Below are positions 36,741-51,827 of a stretch of DNA of 64,000 bases, one piece after another. The notes beneath the pieces were generated by a model. The model had not been told where the DNA came from. It worked only from the letters and a program-made list of their open reading frames with translations, and made no database searches. This stretch comes from Eledone cirrhosa (taxonomy: Eukaryota), in assembly GCA_964016885.1 (NCBI GenBank), contig OZ024753.1, positions 27,342,001 through 27,406,000 on the forward strand. The letters run 5' to 3'. Numbering within the stretch: position 1 is the first letter of the stretch; every line of letters begins with the position of its first letter. The position numbers were made by a program, and so were the translations under genes.

Positions 36741-38459
36741 CTGAGACTTTCAAAATGTTTATTTATTAAACATACCGTATATTTTTAGATATACGAAATT
36801 CACATGTGGTGATGGGCCCTATTTTAAGGAGTAGATATTTATAATGCTCCTACTTGATATATTTCTTCTTCTTTGCAAAAACAATCCAATATGTTTTTGT
36901 TTTTTTATTTTCAGTGATAAGGACCACTTTAGTTCCCTACGATTAAAATAAAATAATTAATTGCATTCCTTTTTAGTTTCATATTCATATTTTCTTTCTC
37001 TCTCCCACTGTTTTTTTATTTGTTTTGTTCTTTTTTTTTAAATTTCCTATACAAGTATAATGACAAAACTCTGTACTCTCTCACTATCCGCTAACTTATG
37101 TCTTTCTCATGGGTCTTTACAATTATACTCCTATTAGGCTCTCACACTACACTCTCATTAACCTCTTAACTACACGTGAATGAAACATCTTTCATACGAA
37201 CAATATTTTAAGTCTACATACAAAGTTAATTCCCTTAAACTCCGCCCTAATGTCTTGTAAATCTTAAACTTTTGTAAAATTCTTAAACACTCGTTATAGC
37301 TCAATTTATAAACGTGTCTTTTAAAAGGGTTAAATCGACTCCATTCCCTTAGTTCAAGAGTAGTAATTGTTTTGACAACCAAATCGAGAAAAAAATTAAA
37401 ATCAGCTAATGTGGGTCTTGAACCGACAGAAGACAAATCATATGAGCAGTGAGAGTGATCTCTCTCTCTGTTTATTTATTTTTTCCGATAGTCTCTCTTT
37501 TATGCTTTTCCTATAGCTCAAGAGGTTTATTATCAGGCAAAAGAGTAGTGTTGTTGGTCAGTGGAGGCTCTCGTTCGTTCTCTTCTAGGACTGAACACTG
37601 GTTTTGCCGGCCACCTTTGAAGATACAACCGGCGGTATGAATAGCCATTCAATTGAGGTCACTGCACCTGGATCTATAACTGGTGGGGCTCTCCGTCCAA
37701 AGTTCTTTCGTTGCACATCTGCAACACCGTCAGCATCTGCAACATCGTCAGTAATTTCAACATAGAAATTAGAATAATATCTAAAAATAGAAATGACCCA
37801 GCAGATAGGCAAATGAGAGGGGCCAGTGACATAGAACTTAGAAGGCCAAGGCTAAACAGAAAAAATGAATGGAATAACAACAACACCCAAACAAACAACA
37901 CTGACCTAAGAGAAGTATAAATAAATAAATAAATAAATAAATAAATAGATAAATAAATAAATAAATAAATAAATACATACACAAGCACAATAACAACAAA
38001 CATATATAAACACACACTAGTAAAGATAGAATACATTAACCAATACACAGTCACGAACACACATCAAACAAAACACTATACACACACGCAAACGCATGCG
38101 CAAAGAAGACAAAATAAAATAAACAAATAAATAAATATATAAACAGACTAAATAAAGATGACGTAGAAAATACAATTAACGGGAGGAAACAATAGCACCA
38201 CTGACGATGTTGCAGATGTGCAACGAAAAAACTTTGATAAACTATATATATGTGTTTGTGTCTATATTGTATCTGTGTTTTTGACCGTTGGTCAGTCAAT
38301 GGCAACATTGAGGACCGAATAAATTAAATTACTGATATAAAAGACACAGAAGCAAAAAGCGAAAACCAACCAAACAGTGAGTGTGTTCTGTTATTAATTC
38401 TGGCAATATTACACAAATATGACCCTCCCCAAGTATAACAATATATATATATATATATA

Positions 38460-38850
38460 CGTTATTTCGGGTTGAATCGGAGATAACCACAGTAAGTAAG
38501 GTACTCAATACATTGCAGAGTATAAAAGTTTTAATATAGATGAGATTCTATAGGACTAGAACTGTTTCATTCTTTAGAAATCATCAGGAATCTGGGTATC
38601 AAAAAATAAGTATGGTATTTATAGGTCTCTACAAGTGGTAGGAGAGGGTGGGGAGTGGGATGGGTGTAGGCATTGGTTGATAGAAAAGGGAATTCAATAA
38701 AAGCTAATTCTACAAAGCTATAGTTTATTTTTATTTTTATTTATTTATGTTTTTAGAGTAACAAAGGCAGAAAGAATTCTATAAACAGGTTCAGGATGGC
38801 ATGCCACTCCTTATTATTAAGTTTCTTTTAAGCTAACAGGTGTCTATAAG
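38460..38850 (-). mobile_element. Copy of the hammerhead element at 21592-22121
   Basis: High identity by eye; starts at (AT)n. Confidence 0.8.
38543..38593 (-). ncRNA. Hammerhead ribozyme (same family as 21608-21658)
   Basis: AGATTC-CTGATGA...GAAACAG...CTATA^GAATCT; one stem III mismatch. Confidence 0.62.
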
Positions 38851-39429
38851 ATCAGTGGGGGGTCAGTCATGGTAGATATATTTAAAGGAAAGGGAGATTC
38901 TTTAAAAGCTAAATTCTTTAAGGTTCTACTAAGTGACAAAGGTTTAGAGCAAAGGTTCTCAACGGGGGGCATATGCACCGCCAGGGGGCGTTTCGGAAAT
39001 CCAGGGGGGCGTTTGGGAGCAAGGGGCATTAGGGGGTCGTTTGGAGCTTGGAGTGCACTGGAAGGCTCTTTACTTTGGTAAGTTTTATAAGCCATATTTG
39101 TATGTCTTTGAGACAGCCAGTGTGAATGCATTTGAATGAGCATGCAGACAGCATAACTATGGTCTGACCGCAGGTGTGCAGGCGTGTTTAGAGATGAACC
39201 AGCAATTGAGATCCTAACCACAGAAAAACCCACAGTCAACTGGGTCAAGGATACTTCAATCGCAGCCAGTTAGAATCTTGTCTTTCCTTCACCGATTACA
39301 ATGTATTTCATGTCTGAAATTATTGACTCAACCGTAACGAGTTAAGACTATGTAGATCTATTTTATTTCCTATTGTATAAATAATATTACAAATAAAAAA
39401 AATAATAAAAAAACACAGAAGCGGGTAGC

Positions 39430-39778
39430 ACACACATCTAGGACTACATACAGCACATAAGCAGGTAATACACACATCTAGGACTACAAGCAACACATAA
39501 TCAGGTAATACAAACATCTAGGATCACATACAACACATAATCAGGTAATAAAACATCTAGGACCACATACAACACATAATCAGGTAATACAAACATCTAG
39601 GATCACATACAACACATAATCAGGTAATACAAACATCTAGGACCACATACAACACATAATCAGGTAAAACATACATCTAGGACCACTTGCTATACATAAG
39701 CAGGTAATACATACATCTAGGACTACCTACAACACACAGGGAGGTAATACATACATCTAGGACCAAATACAACACATA
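39430..39778. repeat. About 40-bp minisatellite (about 9 copies) inside the hAT element
   Basis: ACATCTAGGAC.ACATACAACACATAATCAGGTAATACA repeated. Confidence 0.9.
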
Positions 39779-39780
39779 TT

Positions 39781-40842
39781 GTATCATGTGCTACGGACGA
39801 CGCTAGAGCAATGGTCGGCCAACATAAGGGTTTCGTCACTCTTCTGAAGAGAGAAAATCTATCTGTATTTGTTGTTCATTGTGTCATTCATCGACAACAC
39901 TTGGCTGTGAAGAAACTCAGCAAGCCACTGAGCAAGTCCTTGCAGGTGGCCCTTGATGTCATCAATTTTATCAAACGGCATTCCCTCAATGAACGAATTT
40001 TCCGGCAACTGTGCCAAGATAATAACGAAGAATTCGTCAAGTTGCTCCTTCATAATGAAGTGAGGTGGCTTTCAAAGGGCAAGTGCCTTATTCACTTCTT
40101 TGAACTGTTTGACTCTATCATTGAGTTTCTGCGAGGACGCAACACAGAACTGTACAAGAAAACCCTCGATGTGAGGCAAAACTGCGCCTACCTCACCGAC
40201 ATCGTCGACAAATGCAATAGCGTCATTTTGGCTTTGCAGGGGAAGAAGATCACCTTGCTTAAAGCAAGGAATGCTGTGAAAACATTCCTGGCCAAATTGA
40301 ATGTCATCGAAAGGAATCTTTGTTGACGGGAATTCTATAATTTTCCTAGTGTCGCCAATGTTCAAAACATTGTAAGCGATGACCAACTCCAAATTTATAC
40401 CGCTCACCTCCGTGCGCTACAAGAAAACACGAGAGAACGGTTTGTCGACCTATTGCCGATGGTCATCCCAATGTGGGTAGCAGATCCCTTCACAGCTAAC
40501 GTCGATGACTTGGACGTTATATTTCAGGAAGAATTCATTGAGCTTAAAGCAGATGACATGATCAAAATTAGATTTCCCAAAATAGGTGAACCCCTTTTTT
40601 GGATGCAAGAGGAAATTCAGCGTCGATTTCCACACCTACGTGCAGAGGCTAAGAGATTTGCTCTCCCTTTTCCAAGCTCATACTTAGTCAAGAGGAGGTT
40701 TGGCGCTGTTTCCAGACTGCACAGTAAGGCTCGCAACCGCTACAATGTAATTACATGTGGAGGTCTCCGCCTACGTCGTACGAAAATCCAGCCTGACGTC
40801 AAAGAGTTAGCTAGACTCCATAAAGTTCAAGGGTCCCATTGA
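39781..40842 (+). pseudogene. hAT transposase, N-terminally truncated, stop at 40324-40326
   Basis: ATDDARAM, HCVIHRQHL, LLLHNEVRWLSKG, AYLTDI, LPFPSSYL. Confidence 0.88.
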
Positions 40843-41594
40843 AATGAGGTCAAAGTTAAAGTAAGTTGATTTATCCGAAAACGTGGATATGCTATTGTCA
40901 CAAAGCAAACTAACAATTTTTTTTATTTGTAGTTGCAGTCTGACTGGACTGGAAACCATCTACTACAATTCACTTACTCATTTGTTGTATATATTTTACC
41001 ATTTACTAATAAATATACCCTCCCGCGTGGTCATGAAAACCCTCTTCCGTGGTCTCTAAGCTCACAAAGCAGAGGGGACATCAAGTTAGATATCAACATT
41101 TATTCTGTCTGTTTCGTTAAAAAGAAAATTGGAAAGCTTTGAAATGATATAATTGCCACTTTCTTCCAGATAAGAGCACTCTATGGATAGACAGAGTTGC
41201 TCTTGTATAAATGTTCAAAATAGTTGGTATCGCCTCGTGGGAATATAACAAATTCAACTGGTCTTTAATCATAAAAAAGAACATTAATGTTCCTTTTTTT
41301 GAAATTTATATATTTCCTTTCAAGGAATGTATTTATACTCTCAGCTGCCTACGATGGTATCGTTGGAATATTGTTAATCAATTTTTTAGTAATCTACAGA
41401 TATCAAAATCAGTAGTATATTGAAAAATGGACAAATAGGGTAGGGGTCGTTTCGTGATTTCGAGGGACAAAACGGGGCGTTTGGCCTAAATGGGTTGAGA
41501 ACCTGTGGTTTAGAGGATTCTGTAGACAAATTCAAAATATTGAGTGCATATCATACAATTATCTTTATAATTCTCTTAAACTATTCAACTATAT

Positions 41595-41896
41595 CGAGAT
41601 CCATGGACGAGTTCTCTCCAGCGGTCTCTGTCCCTCATTATCGCTGCCATGTCCTGCGTCTCCAACAGACCAGTGTCTGTCCTTAGGGCATCAACATATG
41701 TTAACCTTGGTCTTCCTCTTCTAGTTTGTCCATGGAGGATGGCTCTGGACATTAATCAGTATACACTGAGGATGAAAAACTCAGAGATGTATGGGAGCAT
41801 CCCAAAAGTGACACAGTGGAGACTGAGGTTAGCTGGACATGCTCACCGACATCCAGAGTTGACATTGCACTCAGTGCTCCTGTGGGACCCCCTACA
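41595..41896. mobile_element. RTE-like LINE 3' fragment with internal inversion
   Basis: 41595-41733 matches the 61450-61590 family on the minus strand; 41731-41896 is adjacent sequence of the same family on the plus strand. Confidence 0.75.
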
Positions 41897-42935
41897 TTAT
41901 ATATATATAATATATATATTATATATATATAATATATATAGTATATATAATATATATATATTATATATATATAATATATATATTATATATATATAATATA
42001 TATATATAATATATATATATTATACATATATTATATATATATTACATATATATATATTATATATATATTATATATATAATATATATATTATATATATATA
42101 ATATATATATATATTATATATATATAATATATATATATAATATATATAATATATATAATATATATAATATATATATTATATATATATAATATATATATAT
42201 ATTATATATATATAATAATTATATTATATATATATAATATACATATAAATTATATATATATAATAATTATATTATATATATATAATATATATATATATTA
42301 TATATATATAATATATATATTATATATAATATATATATTATATATATATAATATATATATTATATATATATAATATATATATATAATATATATATATTAT
42401 ATATATTTATTATATATATATAATATATATATATATATAATATATATATTATATATATATAATATATATATTATATATATATAATATATATATATATGAT
42501 ATATATATATGTAATATATATATGTAATATATATATAATATATATATATATATTATATATATATATATTATATATATATATATTATATATATATATATTA
42601 TATATATATATATTATATATATATATATATATTATATATATATATATATTGTATATATATATATATATTATATATATATATTATATATATATAATATATA
42701 TATATATTATATATATATAATATATATATATATTATATATATATATAATATATATATATATTATATATATATAATAATTATATTATATATATATAATATA
42801 TATATATATTATATATATATAATATATATATATATATTTTATATATAATATATATATATATTATATATATAGAATATATATATATATATATAATATATAT
42901 ATATATATAATATATATATATATAATATATAAAAT
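41897..42935. repeat. Complex (AT)n satellite
   Basis: Interrupted TA repeats; similar tracts at 46390-46643, 54468-54803, 55998-56304, 60890-61420, 62080-62622, 63190-63755. Confidence 0.95.
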
Positions 42936-42982
42936 ATTAAACAAATAATGAATAAACAATTCCTTATATTAAACAAAAAAAG

Positions 42983-43136
42983 TTCATTATTTAACGATCG
43001 TTTCTAGGATATATATGTGTTAGAATTGGTATGCATATTCAACAGATCTATGTACAAAATTATACAAAATTATACAAATTATCAAGATTAAATATACATA
43101 CCAACACATATATACGCCGTCTTCAGAAATAATGAA
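42983..43136 (-). ncRNA. Type I hammerhead ribozyme with long stem II
   Basis: TTCATTATTT-CTGAAGA-(about 115-nt hairpin)-GAAA-CGATCG-TT^AAATAATGAA; perfect 10-bp stem I, palindromic stem III. Confidence 0.75.
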
Positions 43137-43399
43137 GTATATTTACTGATAATAACAACAATTCAAAATTTCAGGTCCGTTTGGGAACAAAATTGACCAA
43201 TGAAAACACAAAGGGTTAAATGCAGTTCGGTGTGTGTATATACATGTAAAACCCTTACACATATTTTACAAAAATGTATGTATAATTTGTATACGCATAC
43301 TAAAAGGATGGATGCAAACACAAAATTTCAAGGTTAATGTCTCTGTAAGTTTATAATGCACAAATAAGATGCGTATTGACACAAGTATGAAATTAAGTA

Positions 43400-43803
43400 T
43401 ATAAATATATATTTTTTTTTTTTTTTTTTCCATACTCACACATATCCGTACAATCACACATACACGCGCGTATATGCATAAATATACACATAACCACGAA
43501 CATACAAACACACACACACCCCCACTCACATTTATATATGTGGATATAAAATCATAAGCACATGGATATTAATTCACTCATATAAAACACTGGCACACAC
43601 ATTTTTAGATCAAGATACAGAAATTAGGTGGGAGGGGGGGGGGAGGTCAGTATTCAACGGTCTGAGCAGACTGCCTAATATAGATGTATCTATAAACTAA
43701 GAAAATAAAAATAAAAAATAATAAATAAACATTAAAGAGGAAAGAATAGAAAGAAAAAAGAAAAAAGAAAAAAGAAAAAAGAAAAAAGAAATATATCAAG
43801 AAA

Positions 43804-43874
<71 letters not shown>

Positions 43875-44051
43875 TACATATAATATACATATATATACAC
43901 ATATACACACACACACACATACATAAATATACACACATATACAAACACATACATACATATACACACATCCACACTAAGAACATACATACACACACATATA
44001 TAAACATATACATATACACACATACATACATATACACATATACATACAAAT

Positions 44052-44110
<59 letters not shown>

Positions 44111-44428
44111 TATGTATATACACGTACATATACATACACATATACATATAATCACACATACTATATAGACACACATATATATAACCACACACATACATGC
44201 ACATATACAACACTTACATACTAATATACATACAGATATACACATACATAGCTATATATACACACACAAATATATACAGACTTACATATATACATACAGA
44301 CAAATACTTACGCATCTATATATCGGTATATACATACAAACACCACTACACTATCACACAACTTAGAAATACAAAGAGAAAGGTATATACCTATACACAC
44401 ATACATATACAAATAGAAAAACATATAG

Positions 44429-44463
<35 letters not shown>

Positions 44464-44757
44464 TATATATATATATATACATACATATATATAAAACATA
44501 TATATATATATATATATACACATACATATACACATACACACACATACACATACACACACATACATACATGTACACACACATAGAAATATATACGCATACA
44601 CACATACACACATACATATAAAGTCATACACACACAAAGACCTACACGAACATACACATACACATATATAAAGATATATATACACACACACACACACACA
44701 ACACATACACACATACACATATATATAAAAAAAATAAATAATAAAGATATATACATA

Positions 44758-44809
<52 letters not shown>

Positions 44810-45156
44810 CATATATATATACATACACATACACACACACATACATAGACATACATGTACATACATACACGTACATCGATATACATACATATATATATAC
44901 ACACATAGACATATACATACATACACACACAACTTACATACACACATATATATACATGTATATTCATACATAGAATTAGATATATAATCATACATACATA
45001 TGCACTTACTTATACTCATATATACAAATACATACGCATCCATATATGCGTATATACATAAAAACACCACTACAACCTCACCTAACTCAGACATACAAAT
45101 AAAAATAAAAAGTCATATGTATATACATATATACACGCATTAATAGAGACATATAT

Positions 45157-45215
<59 letters not shown>

Positions 45216-45458
45216 CATTCATATATATATATATATATAGATACCCACACACACATACCACCATAAATACACATACAAACACCCACATATACATATATAT
45301 ACACACGTATATATATATATATATATACACACACATAAAAAACAGACATGCACATATATATATATTTTTTTTTTACACTTATATATACACATATTATATA
45401 CACATACACAACCTCACATATACACACATACACATAAGTTATATTATAATAATAAAAA

Positions 45459-45536
<78 letters not shown>

Positions 45537-45594
45537 ACATACACATACATATATACACACATACGAATATAGACATATAATCACACATAGACAC

Positions 45595-45633
<39 letters not shown>

Positions 45634-46130
45634 TACATATACACAGACACATATACACACTCACATATATATGTGTGTGCACACACACATATATACACAC
45701 ATACACATATATACACATAAACACATATATGTGCATACATGCACACACACACACATATATCACATAGATACGAAGATAGACATATAAATAGAGAGACATA
45801 CATATATATACACAACACATATACACACACATACATACACACACATATACACATACATATATATATATAAATATTTCTATATATACATATATACATATAT
45901 ATATATATATACACATATATATATATATACATACACATATACATACACACATTCACATACACATACATATATACATGCATATATACACATATATACATAC
46001 ATACACACACTCATATATACACACACAATCTTACATTCATATTTGCATGCGCATATATGTATTTTTATATTCAGATATAAATACCCAAACCTATATAGAC
46101 ACCTACCTACATATATATTCATACATACAC
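43400..46130. repeat. Low-complexity (CA/TA) mosaic
   Basis: Source of the many Y/I/C/V-rich spurious ORFs. Confidence 0.9.
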
Positions 46131-46644
46131 GCTTACAAATACAGATGATAATAGTATGGGGGAAAGGGGGGGTTTGGAGAAGGGGATCATAGTAAATATA
46201 TGTTTCAAGAAACATAGAATATTTTCCGTATCTTGATCCAATGTATGTTTTTACATAGTTTCTGTATACCGTTTATCTTTCACCGAAAGTGATTTTTCAT
46301 TACATCTCTTCTTTCCATGATATCCGGAATACATTGAGTTCTTCATACGGATTGGACACTACCGTAAACTCTTGGTAGATGTATCTACATATATAATATA
46401 TATATATATAATATATATATATATTATATATATATAATATATATATATATTATATATATATATGATATATTATATATATATAATATATATATATATTATA
46501 TATATATAATATATATATTATATATATATATAATATATATATATTATATATATATAATATATATATAAATTATATATATATAATATATATATATACAATA
46601 TATATATATATATATAATATATATATATATAATATATATATATA

Positions 46645-48861
46645 GTTTCAACACTTCATGACAACGATACACACTATATGCAAAAAGTTTGTCCCGGAGA
46701 AAAAGGCAAACAGACACAAAAATATTATTCTCAGAGATAGGAAAATCCTTATGAGACGTAGAACCAAACTCTCAAACCAGTTGAATAGTCAACAAAACAA
46801 AAACAAGAAGGAATCCTATTTGAAATGTGCATTACTTGGCACCGAGATTGCACTCAAGCTTTCCCATGAGAATGAGAGGGCAAAGAAAGAGAACAGGGCC
46901 ATAGAAAACATTAAAACAAACCCTAAGGCCTTCTTTAAATTTGCAAAAGAAACTGCCTCAGTACACTGCAAGATTGGACAACTCTTCCATACGGATGGTT
47001 CATTAACCGAAAACCCCCAAGAGATATGTGAAATACTGAACGAACAGTACAAAAGTGTGTTCACATGTCCACTGAGGCACATGCAAATAACGAAACCAGA
47101 GGAGTTCTTTGATGCTACAATACTACATCAAGAAATGGCAACCATCAACCACATAGACATAGCGGAGGAGGATGTGGTGTATGCCATTGATGAAATTAGA
47201 ACAGACTCGGCTGCTGGACCTGATGGATTCCCAGCAGTTCTCTTAAAAATATGTAAGCGGGCCTTAGCAACTCCACTGAAGATGCTCTTCAGAAGCTCCT
47301 TGGCTAGCGGTGTACTACCCAGGGAGTTGAAAGAAGGCACAATATGCCCTATCCATAAAGGAGGTAGCAGAGCGGAGGCCAAAAACTATAGGCCAGTCTC
47401 CCTGACGTCGCATATCAGTAAGTTAATGGAGCGAGTCGTCAGAAAGAAACTAATCACTTTCCTCAAGTAAAATGACCGCCTGACTAGCACGCAACATGGC
47501 TTCCGCCCAGGAAGAAGCTGCCTTACACAGCTGCTACATCACTATGACTGGGTACTGAAACAACTACTAGACAGCTCACATGTGGACGTGATATATCTTG
47601 ACTTTGCGAAGGCCTTTGACAAGGTCGACCACGGAATATGTCACAAACTACACGGACTCGGCATAACTGGAAAAGTAGGTGAGTGGCTGCATGGCTTCCT
47701 AAGGGACAGAAGCCAGGCAGTCGCAGCAAATGTGGCCCTCTCGAGGGAAACACTAATAACAAGTGGGGTGCCCCAGGAGGACAGTCCTGGGACCACTACT
47801 ATTTTTGGTGGCTCTCTCAGACATGCCCTCTGTAGTGCATACAACAACATCCCTCACTAGCTATGATGATGACACTAAGGTAGCACAGGCAATCAAAAAC
47901 CCGGCTGACGCTGCCCTTTTACAGCAGGATCTGGATGCCATATACAAATGGGCGGAAGAAAATAACATGCAGTTTAATGCTGGCAAATTTCAAGCCCTAC
48001 AATACAAACCTCCAAACAAACCTCCAAACACAAATATAGTAGAACACAACTACACAGGTCCAGGAGGGACCGATATCCCTGTGACAAAATCGATACGAGA
48101 CCTGGGCATAGACATGAGCGATGATGCATCTTTTTCTTCACATATCATGAAAGTGGCGACAATGTGCAGACGACTCGCTGGCTGGATCTTGAGGACTTTC
48201 CGGACAAGAGATCGAGACACCATGTTGACACTATGGAGAACATTTGTCCTAAGCCGCCTGGACTACTGCTTCCAATTGTGGTCACCCCATAGTGTCAAAC
48301 TAACCATGGAGCTTGAGGCAATCCAGCGAAGCTACACCAAGAGGATTGCCAAGATGAGGGAGACAAGCTACTGGGAGAGGCTAAAGGAACTGAGCCTCTA
48401 CTCCTTGGAACAAAGACGGGAGAGATACGCAGTGATCTACATGTGGAAAATCCTGGAGGGACTAGCACTAACCTTTGGCATTGGGAGCTGGACCAACCGT
48501 CGAACAGGACGTCACTGTGCGGTGCCAAAGGTCCCGTCTTCCACATCTAGAATAAGGAGCAGGTATTGCAATAGCCTGGGATTCAAGGGCCCTCAACTCT
48601 TCAACAGGCTGCCGAAGCATCTGAGAGATTTGCATGACGTGGAGGTGGATGTCTTCAAGAAACATCTCGACACCTTGTTATCCAGGATCCCGGATGAGCC
48701 CACAGCAAGACACGAGGGAAACCTAAGGGCAGCAGCAACAAACTCCCTCCTACACCAGTGGCCAACCTATACAGGCTGGAGATAAAATGTGTAGCAACAA
48801 GGGCGGTGCCCCAGCATGGCCTCAGCTGGATGGCTGAAACAGGTAAAAGAGTAAAAGAGTA
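46645..48861 (+). mobile_element. CR1/L2-group LINE, 5'-truncated, RT with stops and frameshifts
   Basis: AAGPDGF, NYRPVSLTS, QHGFR, YLDFAKAFDKVDH, SGVPQ, VLGPLLFL, YDDDTK; tail (GTAAAAGA)2. Confidence 0.92.
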
Positions 48862-48963
48862 TATATTATATATATATATATTATATATATATAATATATA
48901 TATTATAGATATATATATATATATTATATATATATATATATAATATATATATTATATATATAT

Positions 48964-50247
48964 AGCATGGCCTAGAATCAAAAGGCCTTAAAGTTAACTT
49001 GTCTAAGACTAAAGTTCTAGTTTGTAGGAAGGAAAATAGGGCACCGGTCCCATCTGGCAAATGGCCATGCTCAGTGTGTAGGAGAGGAGTAGGTAGAAAC
49101 TCCATTTTATGTCCCAAATGCAAAGTATGGGTACATAAAAGATGTAGTGGGATCACAGGTAAACTATCTAAAAATATAGATTTTATATGTGGCAGGTGCT
49201 CGGGTGCAATAAGTAGCAGCAAGTTCCCACAGAATACTAACTCATTCCATTGCACAGATGGTTCTATAGAAATAGTGGACAGCTTCCGTTACCTGGGTGA
49301 TAAAATCAGCAGTTGGGGAGGGTGCTCTGAAAGTACAGTAGCTAGGGTCAGAACGGGATGGAAAAAGTTCAGAGAGCTTATACCACTATTGGCCGCTAAA
49401 GGGTTCTCTCTAAAAATGAAAGGCAGGCTGTATGATGCCTGCATACGAACAGCAATGTTACATGGCAGTGAGACCTGGGCATTGTGAGCAGAGGATATAC
49501 GCAGACTGGAGAGAAACGAAGCTTGCATGCTCCGCTGGATGTGTAATAGTAACATACGTGAACGGTAAAGCATAAACGTACTAAGGGAGAAATTAGAAAT
49601 AAGAGGGATCAGATGTTGTTTACTCGAGAGAAGACTACGTTGGTATGGTCACGTGATGCGCAAGAAAGATGACTGCTGTATAAAAAGTGCAGGACAATAA
49701 AAATAGACGGTAGCCACGGAGTAGGCAGACCCAGAAAAACCTGGGACGACTTGATAATTCCGACTTCACACACTTACACCTCTCCAAGACAATGTCACTG
49801 GACCGAGAGCTTTGGCGCTACACAGTAATAGAGAAGACCCGCCTTACCTAAGTACAAAGTGAAACATTCTACAGTCAGTAGGCACCTCTAACAAAATACA
49901 CCCTGTCCCACTACCCCCACCCTATCCACACCGCCCCTTCAATGTAAAGTTATGTTGGTGTCACAACATCCAGCCCGAAACAAATGAGGTCGTGTAGGTG
50001 TCACGACGAAAAAACACAGTCCACGCTGTAATGTGGCCGTGTAGGCAACACGGTAAAAACCTCCCAGTTCCACACTGTAAATGTGGTTGGTGTGAGGAAG
50101 GGCATCCAGCCGTAGAAAACCCGCCAGACAGTCCTATGCGAGCAAGACAACCACTCTTGCCTCAAGTGGGAATACTCCCGTCCAAACCCATGCAAGCGTG
50201 GAATATGGACGTTAAACGATGATGATGATGATGATGATGATGATGAT
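48964..50247 (+). mobile_element. RTE-like LINE 3' fragment with a PHD finger inside the RT region, (GAT)n tail
   Basis: KTKV..CSVC...CPKC..WVHKRC...CGRC..FRYLGD, LHGSETW, RWYGHV, GRPRKTW. Confidence 0.85.
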
Positions 50248-50461
50248 ATATATATATATATAATATATATATATATAATATATATATATATAATATATAC
50301 ATATTATATATATTATATATATATAACATATATATATTATATATATATAATGTATATATTATATATATATATATATATAATATATATATATATATAATAT
50401 ATATATACAATATTAAATAACAATATTAAATAAATGGAAACTATATTTATAAAACCATATT

Positions 50462-50527
50462 TATTTCATTATATATATTTCAGGGATATCATATTAACAA
50501 TATGCTATGCCTTCCTCAGACAAAATA
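50462..50527 (-). ncRNA. Minimal hammerhead ribozyme in the 3' pseudo-LTR of a Penelope-like element
   Basis: Reverse complement of 54271-54336. Confidence 0.78.
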
Positions 50528-51827
50528 CAATATAAACAGATTTATAGATAAATAGATTTGACATACCGTAACAACATCGACTTGTATTTGAAAGAGTTGA
50601 ATTGGTAGTGAAAAAAAATTGTACACAGAGAGAAAGAAAGAGAGAAAACAAAGGAAAGAAAGACAGAAAACGAAGAAAAAGAAGAAAAAGAAGAAATGCA
50701 TGGAACAAAATAGAGAGATGGAAAGATAGATAAAGAGAAGAACTTCATGTAAAGAAACAGAGAGATATATATATATATAGAGAGAGAGGAAATAGAGATA
50801 GATATATATATATATATAGATAACTAGGTAGTGGGACGTCTGTTGAGTAAACGCATCAATGATACATTTATTTATTTATTTATTTATTTATTTAGCTCTA
50901 GTATTAATGTAAGGGAGATATATGGAGAGAAACCAGCTGTTATATATAGAGAAAATAACCAGACATAGGCGAGGTGTAAAAACCCTGTTTTAATGTATGT
51001 ATAAAAACCAGCCACTATATTGTAAATATCAGTATTCTTGAATGAGACATGTACCCATAATGTGTGAAAAGTAATGATCTCATGTTTAGTTTTTTTTTTA
51101 AATTCATATGTGATAACTACAAACATCTATGTGAATTTACATGATCAACTCTGCAAACCCTAAGTTCACGGAAAACATTCTCATTGTGGTATAAAAATTT
51201 AAGTATACATATATGTGTATATATATACACACAAATATATATAGAGTCAATATTACTACTGTTCATGTCTTTACTCTACAAGATTATCTATCAAGCAGAA
51301 ATAGAGAGCAGATTTCAAAATACTAATAAAAATATATATCAGAAACAAAACTAAAAAACAATAATAATAATAAAATAGAAAACTAAAAAATATTACGAAA
51401 GAATATTACATATTAAAAATATTACATATTAAAAATATTAAAAATAGAAAATACAACAATAATAAAAATAAAAATAAACCACAAAGATCAACCCTTCAAA
51501 ATTAATTGACAATATATTGCCAAGTTCATTATAAGCATCAGAGTCGAAAAACAGATAAAGCCAAAAATTATCTATCAAATCGCATCTAGCAAAGATCATT
51601 TCAAAAAGTTTAGGATGCACATTTGGTCTACATGTGTTCTTATATTTAATATAGAAGTTTATCTAGTGTAACGTTTATTCGAAATATTTGGAGCATCAAC
51701 TTTTAGGGTAGCTTAATTTTTCATGAAGAATGTTTAAATAAAAATAAAAATAAAAATAAAAATAAAAAGAAGAAATCAAAGATTTATCGGCTAGTTTCCC
51801 ATATAATTATAAATCAAACTAAATATA

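Larger units (their letters stand above)
38950..41507 (+). mobile_element. hAT (Buster/Charlie-type) DNA transposon, internally deleted
   Basis: TIRs CAAAGGTTCTCAAC / GTTGAGAACCTGTG; perfect 8-bp TSD GTTTAGAG (38942-38949, 41508-41515). Confidence 0.92.

Noticed and set aside
39430-39778. CRISPR-like periodic repeat
   Set aside because: Units are contiguous near-identical copies without unique spacers; eukaryotic context; no cas genes. The same holds for 56590-57010.
43647-46215. Many long Y/I/C/V/M-rich ORFs
   Set aside because: Translations of (TA)/(TG) microsatellite mosaic; the same applies to 3491-3817, 24824-25081, 59837-61226 and similar
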